Of a DNA stretch of 64,000 bases, positions 1-13,179 are shown one piece after another. How positions within the stretch are numbered: the stretch's first letter is position 1; each line of letters starts with the position of its first letter. A program made the position numbers and the translations under genes. Source of the stretch: Vulcanimicrobiota bacterium (GTDB taxonomy: Bacteria; Vulcanimicrobiota; Vulcanimicrobiia; Vulcanimicrobiales; Vulcanimicrobiaceae); assembly GCA_963777315.1 (NCBI GenBank), contig CAVZQC010000002.1, positions 352,001 to 416,000 of the forward strand, read 5' to 3'. Under the pieces are notes generated by a model, which was not told the DNA's origin, searched no databases, and saw nothing but the letters and a program-made list of their open reading frames with translations.

Positions 1-422
1 TGGCCGACCGACGTGTCCATCAGTGCGAGCAGCGTGTCCGCCGGCACGTGCGCGTTGCCCGCAAACGCGATCTTCGTGATGACCGGATTCTCGATGACGC
101 GATAGGTGATCGCCACGCCGCCGGGACGCTGGCGAATCAGCGGCGCGGCTTGATCGGCAAAGTAGCCAAGCGCAAAGATCCGCTGGAGATCGGCCTGCAC
201 GACTTTGGGATCGTACGGTTCTCCCGGCCGCGCCTGGATGACCGCCAAGATCGTTTGCGTCGGAACGTGCACGTTGCCCGAAACGTCGACCGAAACGATT
301 TTGGGAGCGGTTGCCGCAGCGCCGTTGACCGGCATGATCAGCATCATGACGGAAGCAAGTGCGAGCATCAGGCCCACACACCGGTGGAGCGCGCCGCGCG
401 CACGCCAGAGGCTTGAGGTCAT
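1..422 (-). CDS. bamA: Outer membrane protein assembly factor BamA/Omp85 family, N-terminal part (signal peptide + POTRA domains); runs off the window
   Basis: Not in the ORF track. My translation from ATG 422 gives a signal peptide then KIVSVDVSGNVHVPTQTILAVIQARPGEPYDPKVVQADLQRIFALGYF...YRVIENPVITKIAFAGN, typical POTRA repeats. Purine-rich RBS upstream; lies downstream of tamB. Confidence 0.8.
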   Translation of the reverse strand, partial: MTSSLWRARGALHRCVGLMLALASVMMLIMPVNGAAATAPKIVSVDVSGNVHVPTQTILAVIQARPGEPYDPKVVQADLQRIFALGYFADQAAPLIRQRPGGVAITYRVIENPVITKIAFAGNAHVPADTLLALMDTSVG

Positions 423-555
423 CAAAAATCTTTCCCTATGAGAGTTCGATGGTCCAACGCTCGTGGCGTTAGCTCTGTAACGCGCCCGGAACGCGCGCCG
501 TTTCGACCCGCACCGCCTGTTCGCGAGCGCGCTTCAAGACCCTTGCCCCGCATGA

Positions 556-653
556 GGGAACCTCTGAAAAAGTCCCACGCGGCCATCGCCATATCGCTTT
601 TCGTCCAAAAATCGCCACGACGCTGCACCACGGGGACTTCTTCAGAGATTCCC
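556..653 (-). repeat. 98-bp inverted-repeat element (MITE/REP-like long hairpin) abutting the tamB stop codon
   Basis: GGGAACCTCTGAAAAAGTCCC (556-576) matches the reverse complement of 633-653 (GGGAATCTCTGAAGAAGTCCC) at 19/21; the interior is also self-complementary. Confidence 0.7.
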
Positions 654-3600
654 TAGAAGAGCCGCTGAAACAGGAACGTGAACCCGTTCTGCCCCGTCGG
701 CGCCTGCCCCGCGCTGGCCCGCGGATTGGTGGACAGCGTTTGGTTGGGCGCGAGAAACAGCGGCGTCTGACCCTGCTGCACGAACATCGCGAACTGCGCG
801 GAGGTGAAAGGGTTGGGCTGGTAGGCGAAACCGAACGTCTGACGCACCGGCACGGTGAACGTCGTTCCATACAGCGCGTAGAAGTTGTTGCCGAGCAAGC
901 GGCGTAGGCTCACGCCGAAGCTGCCGGTATAGTCCACGGTCAAGTTGACGTCCGAAAGCCCCAGCGTGCTGCTGAGCGCGGATTCCACGGGAGCCAGGAT
1001 GCCGCTCGTGAACTGGGCGTTCAGGATATTGAACGCTTCCTGGCCGATCGTTATCGTGCCGTTTTCCCGGCGCACCAGGATGCTGGGCAAAACGGCGCCC
1101 GTGCCCGGCGCCGGCGCACCGGCGAGGTCGCCCGCCGGCAGGATGACCCCGGTGTCGGTGAACTGGATGGGCCCCACCAAACCGCCCAGCGGCAGCAGCA
1201 GCGCGATGATCTGCTGATCGGTATAGCCCGGCGGGTTCGATTCAAAGGCGATTTTGGGGCTGGTCACCGGTCCGGAAACCGTCACGGTGATGTCCGCCGT
1301 ACCGGTGGGATTGCGGGCAGTGTTGGGATCGGGATTGGTAACGTGCGTGACGCCGACGGCGTAAACGTCGGGAATGATGCCCCCGGCGGGATTGAACGTG
1401 ACGTGTCCGGTCTGGACTTTGAACGCGTGATCGAAATACGTGAGCGTGCCGCCCTGCGAACTGAACTCCCCCGCCAGCGTGGGATGCACGAGCGTGCCCG
1501 AAAGCCGGGCGCTGCCCTGCGCCGAGATGTCCAACCCGAATATGCCCGCGCCGCCGCCGCGTACGCGCACGTTCCGGCCTGCCGTGATGCCCAGATCGAA
1601 CGCCAAATTGAACGGCGGCGCCGCAGGCGCCGCTGCCGATCCGCCGCCGAATTTCAAGAATGCGGCAAACGGAATTGCGGCGTCGGTGATCTTGGCGTTC
1701 CCCTCGAGCGTAGCGATCCTTCCGCGTGCCCGCCGGAGCTGCAGATTCGAATCGAACGTTCCCGAGCCGAACTGCGGCATGCTCAACTGCGCGCCGCGCG
1801 CGACGATCGCGACGCCATAACCCAGCGGCCCGCCGTGCAGGCCGCCGCCGAAATTGAGCGATCCCGATCCGTCCAAGGTGCCGCGCCCGAGCTGCGCGTG
1901 CACCCGATCGAGCGTCGCATGCGAACCTTCGAACGTGATTCGCGCGACGGTCTGCGTTATCGGCGTCGTTTCCAGCGCGCTCACGTAGCGAATGCCGTCG
2001 GCGGACAACTGACCGAAGATCTGCGGGTCGCCCACTGTGCCCGAAATGCCGACATGGCCGTCCAGCGAACCGGCAAGTTTTGTGCCCGGTCCCAAAAACG
2101 GCGCAAACGCCGACAGGTCGACGCGCTCGGCGGCGACGTCCATTGCAATCGCAGCAGCCGGCGGCCCGAACCCGAAAGGCTGCAGTTGCAGCGGCAGCGA
2201 TCCGGCCAGAGTCGCACGTCCGCTGGCAAAGGTGAACTCGGCGTTGCGCACGACCAAATCGCGCCGGTGCAGCTGCAACTGGCCCACGAACGAGGGAATG
2301 CGCACCCCGAACGCATCGACGTCGGACGCATCGACTCCGGCGGCGAACGTGGGAGCCTTGAACGTGCCGCCAATCGACATCGTCGACTCGATCCGGCCGC
2401 TCAGATCGAGTCGTTTTTTGGAAACCTGCGCGACCAAGCGGGGCAGATCGTCCGTCGTCGCGTGAATCTGCAGAGCCAACGGGGCCGCGGGCCGCAGGCC
2501 GAAGCTGCCGCTACCCGTTGCCTGCAGCGCCGGGAGCGCGAATACCAGCCGCGTGATGCCGATGCGATCGCCGGGTTCGGTGCGCAGCGACACCTGCGCG
2601 GTACGGATCGGTAGCGGACCGATCGTACCGTTGACGATCGCGGCGTTGCCTGCAAGGCCCAAGTGCGGATACGCACCGCGAATGCGGGCGTCGCCGTCAA
2701 CGCGTCCGGTCAGCGGAATTTGCGGAAAGCCCAATGCCGGCAGCCACGTCGTCAGATCGAAATCGTTCAGCGATGCGTTGATGTCGTAACGCGAGCGCGT
2801 GACGACTCGCGCGACGTTCGTGCTCTGCGCGAAGCCGATGCTTCCGGCCGCGCGCAGACGGCCGTGATCGCCGCCGATCGCGATCGTTCCGGTGGCGACG
2901 TTGCGCAGGCTACTCCAACGGGCATCCGTGTCGCCGATGGGAAAACGCCGGTATCGCAAGCCGGCGATGTCGACGTCGCCCGACGTGACGAGGACCGTGC
3001 CGGCATGCGAGAACGTCAGCGCCACGGATCCTTTGCCCGCCAACGTGTCACCCGTATCGAAGTAATCGTTGAAGTCCGACAAGTCGGCCCTGGGCGCGCG
3101 CATTGCGAACGTGAGCCGGTGCTTGTCGACTCCGGCCGAGAACTGCACTGCCGTGCTTCCGATCGTCACGCTCGCGTCGCGCGCCGATGCGCCGGCGCGT
3201 CCGGCGGCAACCCGAGCGTAGGCGTCGCGAAACCCCAGTCCATTGATTTGGCCGACCGGCACGTCGACCGCCGCGTTTACGCGCGGGTTGGTGCCGCTGC
3301 CCGAGATGCGCATGCTGCCCGCAAAGCTGCCGCCGGCGGCGTATGCCGGAACGTGCGCCAACGCTGCCACCGCATCGATACTGCCGACCGGAACGCGCGC
3401 GTTCACGCCATACACCGGCACGCCTCCCGTCAGATTGCCGATGCTGCCATCGACGGTTGCAAAGGTCGAGCCCAGTGAAGCAACGGCGTCGCGCACGTGC
3501 AGCGCGTCGCCGGCAATCGACACTTCCGCGCTTGCGGCGAACGGCCCGTACCCCTCAGCGCGTCCGTGCGTAAGCACGACGCCGGCATCCACGTCGGGAA

Positions 3601-5908
3601 TGGCGCCTCCCGGGGATATCGCGCCAATCGCGCGCAGCGCACCGCTGCCGATCGGCACGCCCAAACCGGCAAGCACGCCCGCGTCCAGCTGCGTGGTCGC
3701 CAGCGCCATGCGGGTGCGCGTCTTGGTCGGAGCGGTCGCAAACGTGCCGGCGGCAACGATCCGTCCGCCCGCGGCGCGCGCCTGAGCCGAGTAAACGCGT
3801 AAAATGCCGTCGTCGAACGACATGGATCCGGACATGGACGAAATCGGGATGCCGTGAATCGTGGCGTCGCTCAATTGCGCATGTTGAGCCTGCACGTAGA
3901 TTTTGCCTTGCGCGATCGCAATGGCCATCGGACCGCGTATCCCGCCGTGCGCGGGGAAATTGCCCAGGAACTGATGCAGGCCTTGCAGCGTGCCCGTATA
4001 GTTGCCGCGCGCAACGATGAGGTTGGGTGCGAACGTTCCGCCGCCGTCGAACGTGCCCCACGGACCGTCGGCATGCACGCTGCTGATTTCGGATGCGGCA
4101 AACGGCCCGGCAAAGCGCGCCGCAATCGCGTCGAACGGCACGCCGGCGATCGTCGCGGGCGCCATGTACGCCGTTCCTCCGATCACGACGTTGTGCGCAG
4201 AACCGGTTCCGGCGAGATTTGCTTCCATGACGTGCGCGTCGATCGGCGGGAGCAGCGGAATGGTAACGCCCGGCAGCCCCACAGGCACGGGCTGATGCAA
4301 GTGCATGCCGCGCACCGACGCCCAAAATGCGCTCCCGCCGGTCGGCCTGTCCAGCGAAAATCCCGCCACCAAGCTGCCGCCGCCGCGAGCCGAAATTCCG
4401 ATGGGGCCGAACGTTCCCACGCCGTACCGGTCGAGGTCGTAGAAACCGCTCACATTGCGCGCATCGATCAGCGAGACGATGTAGCCGCGCGCGTCGACCT
4501 TGAGATCGGTGCCGTGCAGGAGCGCTTCAGTGGCGATGGGCTGATCGTCGACGAGCGCGCTCAAGTACGGCAAGCGCGAGGACGATCCGACTGCGTGCAG
4601 AGTCAGTACGCTGGTCACCTGCTTGCCCAAATGCAGATTTCCATGCACGTGAAGCGCCATGCCGCTGTATGCGGCGTGAAACGGCAACACGATGAGGTCG
4701 TCCTTGTACAGCGCGACGGTTCCCCGCGGATCGTCGATGGGCACCGCACCGTAATTGAACCGCTTGCCGTCGAAGCCGATCAGCAGCACGGGCGCGGCTA
4801 TTCCGCCTTCAATCAGGGCATGAATGCGCAGGCCGCCGTGAATCGGCAAACCGGCGGCAACGCGCAGAACGTCTTTGAGATTGCGCAGATCGCCGCGGCC
4901 TTCGACGCCCAAACGGAATTGCGGCGAACGAAAATCGAAGATGCCGCCGGCGCACACGATGGGAATGTGCCCCACGACGGCGGTCAAACGTTTGGACGCA
5001 AATCCCGAATCGAAAATGGAGATGTTTCCGCGCAGGCGTTCGATCGGCGAATCCAGACTGCGCACGATGATTTGCCCACCCGAAAGATAGCCGCTGCCCG
5101 AATAGTGGTAGTCCGCCGGCGGAGAAACCGGCTGCGCGGGGCTGCTCGCGGGACTGAACGCCCACGCCCGCAGGTCCATGTTGCGCACGGTTCCGCCGAG
5201 CACGCGCGCTGCGGGCGAGTTGATGAAATAATTCGCTATCGTTGCAATTGGAATGGCGCGTACCGTCACGTGATGCAGCGCGTATCCTTGCGCGTAGTCG
5301 ATGGTTCCGGCCATGCGAAACGGCTGCGGACCAGCGCTCTCCAGGCGGCCGGTGGCCAAATATTTGGTGGCCCTGGAGGTGTCGACGGCAACGTCGGCGT
5401 TGACGGCGTCGACGGCCTGGCGGCGGCTTTCCTTGTAAAAGCGGTAGTTGTCGATCAGCGTTATGGCGGCGTCGCGTACGCGGACGGTAAAATCGAGCGG
5501 CACGGGATTGGCGCCTGCGCGCGCGCGCGTGCCGGTGCCGATCGCCTTGGGAACGGCGATGTTGTACGTGCCGTTTTGGTTGTGAACGATCGTGATCTGC
5601 GGACGGTCGATAGTGATGCCGAGCAAACCGAAACGATGCCTGCTTCCCGGCAGCAGTTCGCGCGGATCGTAATATAGGTCGATGCGCTTTGCCCGCAGCA
5701 CCGGCTGCCCAGCGCGCGTCACCCGCACGTCGACCAGCGCGCCATGGCGTTTACCCAACCGGAGATCGCCTACGCGCAGACTGTAGCCGGTGCTCGCGCG
5801 GACGATTCCCGAAAGCGCAAAGCGCGCCGCACCATTGTGATACACTGCCGCGAGCACGACCGCGATGACTATCAGCGCCGCGAGCGCCGCGCCCAGGGCC
5901 TTGCGCAA
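653..5908 (-). CDS. tamB: Translocation and assembly module TamB-like protein (AsmA-like repeats, C-terminal DUF490)
   Basis: 1751 aa, N-terminal TM anchor, Gly-rich beta-repeats, C-terminal ITVTVSGPVTSPKIAFESNPPGYTDQQIIALL typical of DUF490; upstream of an Omp85 gene; GGAGGG RBS before TTG. Confidence 0.8.
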   Translation of the reverse strand: MRKALGAALAALIVIAVVLAAVYHNGAARFALSGIVRASTGYSLRVGDLRLGKRHGALVDVRVTRAGQPVLRAKRIDLYYDPRELLPGSRHRFGLLGITIDRPQITIVHNQNGTYNIAVPKAIGTGTRARAGANPVPLDFTVRVRDAAITLIDNYRFYKESRRQAVDAVNADVAVDTSRATKYLATGRLESAGPQPFRMAGTIDYAQGYALHHVTVRAIPIATIANYFINSPAARVLGGTVRNMDLRAWAFSPASSPAQPVSPPADYHYSGSGYLSGGQIIVRSLDSPIERLRGNISIFDSGFASKRLTAVVGHIPIVCAGGIFDFRSPQFRLGVEGRGDLRNLKDVLRVAAGLPIHGGLRIHALIEGGIAAPVLLIGFDGKRFNYGAVPIDDPRGTVALYKDDLIVLPFHAAYSGMALHVHGNLHLGKQVTSVLTLHAVGSSSRLPYLSALVDDQPIATEALLHGTDLKVDARGYIVSLIDARNVSGFYDLDRYGVGTFGPIGISARGGGSLVAGFSLDRPTGGSAFWASVRGMHLHQPVPVGLPGVTIPLLPPIDAHVMEANLAGTGSAHNVVIGGTAYMAPATIAGVPFDAIAARFAGPFAASEISSVHADGPWGTFDGGGTFAPNLIVARGNYTGTLQGLHQFLGNFPAHGGIRGPMAIAIAQGKIYVQAQHAQLSDATIHGIPISSMSGSMSFDDGILRVYSAQARAAGGRIVAAGTFATAPTKTRTRMALATTQLDAGVLAGLGVPIGSGALRAIGAISPGGAIPDVDAGVVLTHGRAEGYGPFAASAEVSIAGDALHVRDAVASLGSTFATVDGSIGNLTGGVPVYGVNARVPVGSIDAVAALAHVPAYAAGGSFAGSMRISGSGTNPRVNAAVDVPVGQINGLGFRDAYARVAAGRAGASARDASVTIGSTAVQFSAGVDKHRLTFAMRAPRADLSDFNDYFDTGDTLAGKGSVALTFSHAGTVLVTSGDVDIAGLRYRRFPIGDTDARWSSLRNVATGTIAIGGDHGRLRAAGSIGFAQSTNVARVVTRSRYDINASLNDFDLTTWLPALGFPQIPLTGRVDGDARIRGAYPHLGLAGNAAIVNGTIGPLPIRTAQVSLRTEPGDRIGITRLVFALPALQATGSGSFGLRPAAPLALQIHATTDDLPRLVAQVSKKRLDLSGRIESTMSIGGTFKAPTFAAGVDASDVDAFGVRIPSFVGQLQLHRRDLVVRNAEFTFASGRATLAGSLPLQLQPFGFGPPAAAIAMDVAAERVDLSAFAPFLGPGTKLAGSLDGHVGISGTVGDPQIFGQLSADGIRYVSALETTPITQTVARITFEGSHATLDRVHAQLGRGTLDGSGSLNFGGGLHGGPLGYGVAIVARGAQLSMPQFGSGTFDSNLQLRRARGRIATLEGNAKITDAAIPFAAFLKFGGGSAAAPAAPPFNLAFDLGITAGRNVRVRGGGAGIFGLDISAQGSARLSGTLVHPTLAGEFSSQGGTLTYFDHAFKVQTGHVTFNPAGGIIPDVYAVGVTHVTNPDPNTARNPTGTADITVTVSGPVTSPKIAFESNPPGYTDQQIIALLLPLGGLVGPIQFTDTGVILPAGDLAGAPAPGTGAVLPSILVRRENGTITIGQEAFNILNAQFTSGILAPVESALSSTLGLSDVNLTVDYTGSFGVSLRRLLGNNFYALYGTTFTVPVRQTFGFAYQPNPFTSAQFAMFVQQGQTPLFLAPNQTLSTNPRASAGQAPTGQNGFTFLFQRLF

Positions 5909-5993
5909 TCCGTCCCTCCGCCGGGGTTTATACCACCAACGCGGCGCTGAAGCCCGCCGTTCCGGCGGCTAATGCGGCTTTTTCACAGACCCG

Positions 5994-8718
<2,725 letters not shown>

Positions 8719-8722
<4 letters not shown>

Positions 8723-9816
8723 AGTGCGCTCACGACCGCATCCTGGATCGAATGCAGCTTGGCTTGCGGCAGATCGTCGGGGACATGGGTTGCGGTGATG
8801 AAGGCTTGTTCGAAGGTTCCGACTCCTTTCATGAACGCGCGTGCGCGCTCGGCGTCAAGTTCCGACAGCACGTCGTCGAGCAACAGCAGGGGTGCTTCCC
8901 CGGAGCGTTCCAGCATAACGCCGTATTCGGCAACCTTGAGCGCGAGTACCGCCGTGCGCTGCTGTCCTTGCGAACCGAACGGCGCCAGCGAAACGCCGTC
9001 GATCAGCATTTCCAGATCGTCCCGGTGCGGTCCGACAAGGGCAACCCGCCTTGCGCGTTCCTGCGCCGACGTCTCGCGCAGGCGTTCGCCGAACGCGCTT
9101 GCAATGGCGTCCTGCGAGCGCACCTTGAACGGTACCGCCGGCCGGTAGCGCAATTCGAGAGACTCAGACCCGCTCCAGCGGCGATGCTCGGCGCCGGCGC
9201 GCGCGCCGAGCGCTTCGACGTAGTGCGCGCGAGCCAGCACGATCTGCGTTCCGGCTTCGACCAGCGTATGATCGTAGACCGCCAGCAGTTCTGAATCGGG
9301 CGGCGCATCGGCGCGCAGCAGCGCGCCCTTTTGCGCCAGGGCCTTGTGATATCGCGCGAGCTCGTGATAGTACGCCGGGCGTTCCTGCGCAAGAGCGGCG
9401 TTCAAAAACGCGCGCCGCACGGCCGGGGGCCCGATGACGAGCTGCAAATCCGACGGCACGAACGTGACCACGCGCAAACTGCCCAGAAATCGCGCATACC
9501 GCACGCTGCGTCCGTTGAGCGTGTACGCTTTGCGCGTGCCGCGCGGCGTTGCGGAGATCGCGCAGCCAAGGCGGACGGTGCCGGCCCGCACGCGCGCCTC
9601 GCCGCCAACCGTTGCCAGTTCGAAGCCCTCCCGGATCAGATCGCGCTCTCGTGACGTGCGAAAAGATTTGCCGGTGCCCAGCAGTGAAATCGCTTCGAGC
9701 AGATTGCTCTTGCCTTGCGCGTTGCGGCCGACGAACACGTTGAGACCTTGCGCCGGTTCCAGTTCGAGCCGCGCGTAATTGCGCACGTTGGACAGGTGCA
9801 GGCTGGTCAATCTCAT
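8719..9816 (-). CDS. recF: DNA replication and repair protein RecF
   Basis: GRNAQGKSNLLEAI Walker A, GPHRDDL, SQGQQR, LLLDDVLSELD. Confidence 0.97.
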
Positions 9817-9857
9817 CCGCTCGCGCGAACGAACTTCACGCAGCTGGACGGCACCCG

Positions 9858-10979
9858 TTATTGCCGCAGCGGCATGAGCACGTACAGCTGCTGCGCTCCC
9901 TCGGGCGGTTCGATCGGGCGAATCGCGGCGGGTGAAAGCGGTCCCAAAAACTCCATGACCGTTTGCGGCGAATCGACGTGATTGAGGATTTCCACCAGAT
10001 AGCGCGCGTTGAACGCTATCGTCATGTCTTCGCCCTGCTGTTCGACTTCCAGTTCTTCATAGGCGTTGCCCGAAACGTCGGAGCTCGCCGTCACGATCAG
10101 GGTTTGGTTGCCCACGCCCAATTTCACCATGCTGGCGCGGTCTCCGGCCACCAGTTCCGCGCGCCGCAGCGCACCGATCAGCGCCGACGTGTTCGCCGTG
10201 ATCGAGCGATCGAATTTCGCCGGAATGACTTGTCCGTAGTTGGGATACTGCCCGTCCACCAACCGCACCACGATCGAAACGTCGCCCGAACCGAACATCA
10301 ACTGGTTGCCTTGCGCTCCCAGCGCCGTCACTTGCACGCTGTCGGCACTGCCCAGGTTGCGGGAGGCTTCGGCAAGTGCCCGCGAAGGCACGATGTATTT
10401 TTCCGAGCCGGAAATGCCGCTCTCGAGCGTGGTTTGATACCGCCCCAGCCGGTAGCCGTCGGTGGCGACCATCGTCAGCGAGTCGCCCTCGATTTCCAGC
10501 AGCGTTCCCATGAGCACCGCGCCGCGCGCCTCCTCGCCGGACGCGGCGAAGATCGTGGCGTTGACCCCGTCGCGAAAGCGCTTGCCGGCGATGCTGAAAC
10601 TCTGGCCGGGCTGCGCGCTGGGAAGCGGCGGGTACTCATCGGCGGGCAGGGCGTGAAAATCGTAGTTGCTGCGTTCGAACTTGATGCTCGCGCGCGTCGG
10701 CGTGCCCGTGAGTTCGAGCTGCCCAGTCTGCAGATTGCCCAGATAACTGCTGAACAGTTTGGCCGGAATCGTGACGCTGCCGCCCTCGCTGACGTCGGCT
10801 TGGAAAGCGTGCTGCAACGTGAGTTCCAGGTCGGTAGCGCGGACGGCGATCTTACCCTCCTGGGCGCTGAGCAGCACGTTGGACAGGATCGGCACGGTGG
10901 TGTGCGCGTTGACGACCTTGCTGGCCGCTCCGACCGCGCCGGCGATTTCTTTGGTGTTGCAAGTAAACTTCATTTCCAC
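9858..10979 (-). CDS. dnaN: DNA polymerase III beta clamp
   Basis: PILSNVLL, ATDLE, VATDGYRL, GQYPNY, FNARYL, VLMPLR; alternative ATG start at 10973. Confidence 0.97.
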   Translation of the reverse strand: MEMKFTCNTKEIAGAVGAASKVVNAHTTVPILSNVLLSAQEGKIAVRATDLELTLQHAFQADVSEGGSVTIPAKLFSSYLGNLQTGQLELTGTPTRASIKFERSNYDFHALPADEYPPLPSAQPGQSFSIAGKRFRDGVNATIFAASGEEARGAVLMGTLLEIEGDSLTMVATDGYRLGRYQTTLESGISGSEKYIVPSRALAEASRNLGSADSVQVTALGAQGNQLMFGSGDVSIVVRLVDGQYPNYGQVIPAKFDRSITANTSALIGALRRAELVAGDRASMVKLGVGNQTLIVTASSDVSGNAYEELEVEQQGEDMTIAFNARYLVEILNHVDSPQTVMEFLGPLSPAAIRPIEPPEGAQQLYVLMPLRQ

Positions 10980-10994
10980 TGCCTACCTTCAGCG

Positions 10995-11205
10995 CGTCGT
11001 TTTCTTTCGATATAAGCTTAACCGTAGTAGTAATAAGGCGGTGCATTAGGCGAACAACCTGCGATTCTCTCGCTTTCACGCGGATCCGCGCCAAGGACAA
11101 GATGTGCATGGCCCCGGGACGCTCGTGCACATTTGCCGGCTGCTGCGCCACCGACCAGTTATCCACGCGTAAGCGCGAGGCCTGTGCAGCAGAGCGTGGA
11201 TGAAC
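10995..11205. promoter_or_regulatory. oriC unwinding region between dnaA and dnaN: AT-rich tract, DnaA-trios and DnaA boxes
   Basis: TAGTAGTAATAA at 11025-11036 flanked by an AT-rich tract and GGCGG; DnaA-box-like TTATCCACG (11159-11167) and CGTGGATGA (11195-11203). Confidence 0.8.
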
Positions 11206-11211
11206 GCCGAG

Positions 11212-12579
11212 TCAGTCGCTCTGGCAGAGCGCAACGAGGGATCGAATCTTGTTGCGGTACGCCTCGTCGCGCTGCATTTGCTCTTTGACCTTGTCGCGGG
11301 CGTACATGACCGTCGTATGGTCCTTTTTGTTGAATTCCCGCGCGATGTGCGGCAGGGAGCATTCCGTCAATTCGGTGCACACGTACATGGCGATCTGCCG
11401 CGGCGCGGCCACGCGCTGGTCGCGGCGGTGATTGTCGAGTTCCTTGACGGTCAGTCCATGCGCCTTAGAGATTTTTTCCTTGATCGAGGCGATCGTGACG
11501 CGGCGCAGCGGAGCTTGCGCGACGGCGTTTTTGAGCACGTCGGCTGCCAAATCGACCGTTATCGAGGACTTCGTCAGGCTCGAAAACGCGACGACTCGGA
11601 TGAGCGCGCCTTCGAGTTCGCGGATGTTGGAGGGAATGACTTTCGCGATGAACGAGGTCACCTCGTCGGGGACCGGGATTTTTTCGGACTGCGCCTTTTT
11701 GCGCAGGATCGCTTCGCGCGTTTCCAAGTCGGGCGGCTGAATGTCGGTGAGCAACCCCCACTCGAAGCGCGAGCGCAACCGGTTCTCCAACGTCTGGATT
11801 TCTTTTGGCGGACGATCGCTGGAGATGACCAACTGCCGCCCCGACTCGTGGAGCGCGTTGAACGTGTGGAAAAACTCTTCTTGCGTGCCTTCTTTGCCTT
11901 CCAAAAACTGAATGTCGTCGATCAGCAGGACGTCGACTTGGCGATATTTGTTGCGAAACTCGACGGTCTTGTTGTTTTGAACGGCGATGATGAATTCGTT
12001 GGTGAATTTCTCGCTGGACACGTATACGACGTTGGCGTCGGGATTGTCCCCAAGCGCGCGATGTCCGATGGCATGCATCAAATGCGTTTTGCCCAAGCCC
12101 ACGCCGCCGTACAGGAACAGCGGGTTGTACGCGCGTGCCGGCGCGGCCGCCACTGCCTGGGCGGCGGCATGCGCGAACCGGTTGGAGTTGCCGACGACGA
12201 ACTCCTCAAACGTATAGCGCGAATTCAGATTACCGGGCCGAAAGTCGCCCGGGCGACCCGCGGATCCCGCAGCAGAGGGGGGCGCGCCCGCGGGAGCGGG
12301 TTCGGCGGCATCCGGGGCCACGGTGAACTGCAGATCGATCCCTGCGCCGAAGATCTCCGCCAGCACCTGGACGATTTGGTCCTTGAGCCGGTTTTCGACC
12401 CAATCCCGCGCGAAATTGTTCGGCACGGCCAGGGTCAGCTCGGTGCCGTTGAGCGAAACCGGCCGCAGCGGCTTTATCCACATATTGAAGATCGGCTTGG
12501 AGAACTTGAGCTCCATTGCGGTCAATGCCGATTGCCAGAGTTGGTTCGAGATGTCCGGGTTGCCGACCGCAAGAGCCAT
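11212..12579 (-). CDS. dnaA: Chromosomal replication initiator DnaA
   Basis: YNPLFLYGGVGLGKTHL, LLIDDIQF, RLRSRFEWGL, NIRELEGAL, KDHTTVMYA. Confidence 0.99.
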   Translation of the reverse strand: MALAVGNPDISNQLWQSALTAMELKFSKPIFNMWIKPLRPVSLNGTELTLAVPNNFARDWVENRLKDQIVQVLAEIFGAGIDLQFTVAPDAAEPAPAGAPPSAAGSAGRPGDFRPGNLNSRYTFEEFVVGNSNRFAHAAAQAVAAAPARAYNPLFLYGGVGLGKTHLMHAIGHRALGDNPDANVVYVSSEKFTNEFIIAVQNNKTVEFRNKYRQVDVLLIDDIQFLEGKEGTQEEFFHTFNALHESGRQLVISSDRPPKEIQTLENRLRSRFEWGLLTDIQPPDLETREAILRKKAQSEKIPVPDEVTSFIAKVIPSNIRELEGALIRVVAFSSLTKSSITVDLAADVLKNAVAQAPLRRVTIASIKEKISKAHGLTVKELDNHRRDQRVAAPRQIAMYVCTELTECSLPHIAREFNKKDHTTVMYARDKVKEQMQRDEAYRNKIRSLVALCQSD

Positions 12580-12707
12580 CGGGAGTCCTCATTGTCATCT
12601 ACAAAGACTCGGGCCCGGAAGCCGTTGACGCAGCCCCGCAGTCCGAGCGTGGGAGGCTCCGATATTGTCTTAATCGGGCGGCTATCCTGCGGCGCCGCTA
12701 CACTTTT

Positions 12708-12884
12708 TTATCCACTTATCCACAGGCGAAAAAGCCTCGATTTTACGGGAAAATCGGCCCCATCGGGCCTCCTCGCGGTGCCCCTGGGCGGCGCGTGAAA
12801 CCGCCCGCAAAACCGAGCTTTTCCACGCGCCCGGACGATGCGCCGCAGGCCTGTTTCCACAGCGTTCTCCACACATGTGGACAG
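12708..12884. promoter_or_regulatory. DnaA-box cluster upstream of dnaA (second part of oriC / dnaA autoregulation)
   Basis: TTATCCACT 12708-12716, perfect TTATCCACA 12716-12724, TTTTCCACG 12819-12827, GTTTCCACA 12853-12861, TTCTCCACA 12865-12873, TGTGGACAG 12876-12884. Confidence 0.85.
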
Positions 12885-12935
12885 TGCGTCCGGACGGTGA
12901 ATCCGTGGACGGAGGCGCCGGCGCGACGCCTTTGC

Positions 12936-12965
12936 TTGACGCTCGTCGCAGGGAGGTCCTATACT
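12936..12965 (+). promoter_or_regulatory. Sigma70-type promoter for the rpmH operon
   Basis: TTGACG-N18-TATACT about 80 bp upstream of the rpmH start. Confidence 0.65.
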
Positions 12966-13044
12966 AAGTGGCTGTGCCCGCCAAGGCTCTTAACGCGGTC
13001 CCAGGCGCGCCGTCGACCCCGCCGTCCAGGAGATAACGACCACC

Positions 13045-13179
13045 ATGAAGCGGACCTATCAGCCGCATAACCGCCGCCGCAAGCGCGTTCACGGCTTTCT
13101 GGAGCGGATGGCCACCAAGAACGGGCGGCGCGTGATCAACGCCCGCCGCAAAAAAGGCCGTAAGCGCCTGACGGTCTGA
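13045..13179 (+). CDS. rpmH: 50S ribosomal protein L34
   Basis: Not in the ORF track. Translates to [53 protein letters not shown]. Confidence 0.97.
   Translation: MKRTYQPHNRRRKRVHGFLERMATKNGRRVINARRKKGRKRLTV

Noticed and set aside
1343..5677. Long plus-strand ORFs (423, 271 and 607 aa) opposite tamB
   Set aside because: Antisense shadows typical of high-GC coding DNA; Arg/Ala-rich with no motifs.
11200..12798. 532-aa ORF antisense to dnaA
   Set aside because: Shadow ORF of a clearly real gene.
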